NCBI GenBank assembly: GCA_022820835.1 | Contig: JAJEET010000039.1 | Span: forward strand, 702-64,701 | Source of the DNA: Candidatus Poribacteria bacterium | Lineage (GTDB): Bacteria > Poribacteria > WGA-4E > WGA-3G | DNA length: 64,000 nt | Direction: 5' to 3' | Shown here: piece by piece, positions 62,823 to 64,000 of the stretch | Position numbering within the stretch: the first letter of the stretch is position 1 | Layout: the number at the start of each line of letters is the position of its first letter | Translations under genes and position numbers: made by a program | Notes under the pieces: model-generated | The model's input: the letters and a program-made list of their open reading frames with translations, nothing else | Told to the model about the DNA's origin: nothing | The model's database searches: none

Positions 62823-64000
62823 AGCGACTCCTCCAGAATTTTTCCTCCATATCGGTTTCAATCTTCTTAAACTCAGGTGCTAAAACACGTAATGCACGTT
62901 CAGGATTAAATAGCATCATCGCAGCGAGTGCGGGATTTTCATCTACGAGCCACTCTTCACGAATCCACTCCAGATAGTAACCACGGCTTTCAAGAAAAAG
63001 TTCATAATTCTCAAAATCCTTTGGCAATTGATAAACGAGGGTGTATACGTCGCCCGGCAATGTTGTTAAAGCTTTGGTTGGATCTGTCAACAACTGATGT
63101 GCTTCATCAGCACTCACGCCATCCTGATTGACTGTGATAGGAGAGAGTCGAATAGGTCTGAGTTGTTCACCTAACTTAACTAATTTAACGGCATCAAGCC
63201 GCCAGTGGCCTTTTGTTAGACGCAGACGGATGTTCACGCGTTCGTGCTTGATAGCGGGTAATTTTACAAGGTGGACATCAACGGCTAATGGCCCTGTTTC
63301 ATTGACTTCACCAACGGAAACCCACTGGCCTGTATCGTCCTGCAAAAGCACTTCGATGCCACCCAGTGTCTGACCGATACCCGTGACCGCTTTTTCAAGG
63401 TTTGTATCTCCTCTTTCAAGTACTGCAATCCATTGCCCTGCCGAGCGGCCCATATAAGAGAGCCCTTGATAAAATAGGAACGTGCTCAGCAGGGACTGGC
63501 GGGCTGCGATTACCAATCCATCACTCCCAACTGGCACGTTCTCAAATTCAAGGTCGAGTATTTCGCGCGTCGCAAGATATTCGGGATCAGCTTCACTAAA
63601 TCGCTCCTGTCCATCAACGGCACGAAGTAGGGACAGGCAATCTCCTTCCGACCCAGAGGCAGCACTGGGTTCAACAATTGTGTCGGTTTCCCAAAAAGTC
63701 TTGTCCGCAGTTTGGAAAACCCGTCCGCCTGGCTGCCGTTGGACAGCGAGCAGATCCGCATGGCGTACGACGTGGGTTTCAAGAGCTTCATTTTTCATCT
63801 GAATTTCAAAAAGACTATCAGTTGGTTGCGCGCGATACAAAGCATCGACATCTGACGCTTCAAGGACAGGTGCTACACTCGCTGAAAAACCCTCAGCTTG
63901 AAGAGTGAGTTGGTTCCCGTCTGAAACATAAAAGGTCGGACACGAACCAAAGCACGCTTTTGGATTCATAGCGCAAAATATCGCAATGCCTCCAACTAAG
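62806..64000 (-). CDS. Hypothetical protein, N-terminus probably beyond the window edge
   Basis: The frame stays open upstream of Met 63969 to the window end (..LVGGIAIFCAMNPKACFGSCPTFYV). It overlaps the downstream lipoprotein gene start by 17 nt. No motif recognised. Confidence 0.5.
   Translation of the reverse strand, partial: LVGGIAIFCAMNPKACFGSCPTFYVSDGNQLTLQAEGFSASVAPVLEASDVDALYRAQPTDSLFEIQMKNEALETHVVRHADLLAVQRQPGGRVFQTADKTFWETDTIVEPSAASGSEGDCLSLLRAVDGQERFSEADPEYLATREILDLEFENVPVGSDGLVIAARQSLLSTFLFYQGLSYMGRSAGQWIAVLERGDTNLEKAVTGIGQTLGGIEVLLQDDTGQWVSVGEVNETGPLAVDVHLVKLPAIKHERVNIRLRLTKGHWRLDAVKLVKLGEQLRPIRLSPITVNQDGVSADEAHQLLTDPTKALTTLPGDVYTLVYQLPKDFENYELFLESRGYYLEWIREEWLVDENPALAAMMLFNPERALRVLAPEFKKIETDMEEKFWRSRYEKPQ

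Overview
The window is a 64-kb chromosomal segment, probably from an uncultivated marine or sponge-type bacterium. That guess rests only on gene content (a PSCyt1-like lipoprotein, many PhyH dioxygenases, Gfo/Idh/MocA oxidoreductases, an FGE-sulfatase/BNR protein) and is low confidence. The flanks (1-17.8 kb and 38-64 kb) are roughly 50% G+C, judged by eye. They carry ordinary metabolic and envelope genes: dehydrogenases, an acyl-CoA synthetase, two tandem paralogous TonB-dependent receptors, a cytochrome c, and a CysM/CysH/CysO/JAMM sulfur-carrier cysteine cluster. They also carry a radical-SAM/SPASM gene, an ECF sigma/anti-sigma/HtrA operon, a UxaA-family dehydratase fusion and a crotonase. 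Intergenic gaps hold several families of short repeats: 7-nt-period palindromic arrays and MITE/REP-like elements. I saw no rRNA, tRNA, CRISPR array, integrase or transposase. The main result is a visibly AT-rich island of about 19.8 kb (about 18.05-37.9 kb) with 13 tightly packed + strand genes behind a consensus sigma70 promoter. It encodes a frameshifted lipoprotein, a MotA/ExbB-like channel with a long coiled-coil tail (ZorA-like architecture) and a MotB/OmpA-like partner. Next come a zinc-ribbon beta-propeller, a secreted vWA protein with a TM segment and cytosolic tail, and a small membrane protein. It continues with a 1163-aa tubulin/FtsZ-like GTPase, a Zn-ribbon/beta-sandwich/Hsp70 fusion, a degenerate Hsp70 paralog and a membrane-anchored GrpE-like protein. 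The last three are a secreted transglutaminase-like protein, a PqiA-like protein and a large beta-sandwich/CBM48-like protein. It has no canonical Zorya effectors and no nuclease. I interpret it as a candidate undescribed trans-envelope system for defence, conflict or membrane remodelling. All family calls come from motifs read by eye, and no database search was possible.
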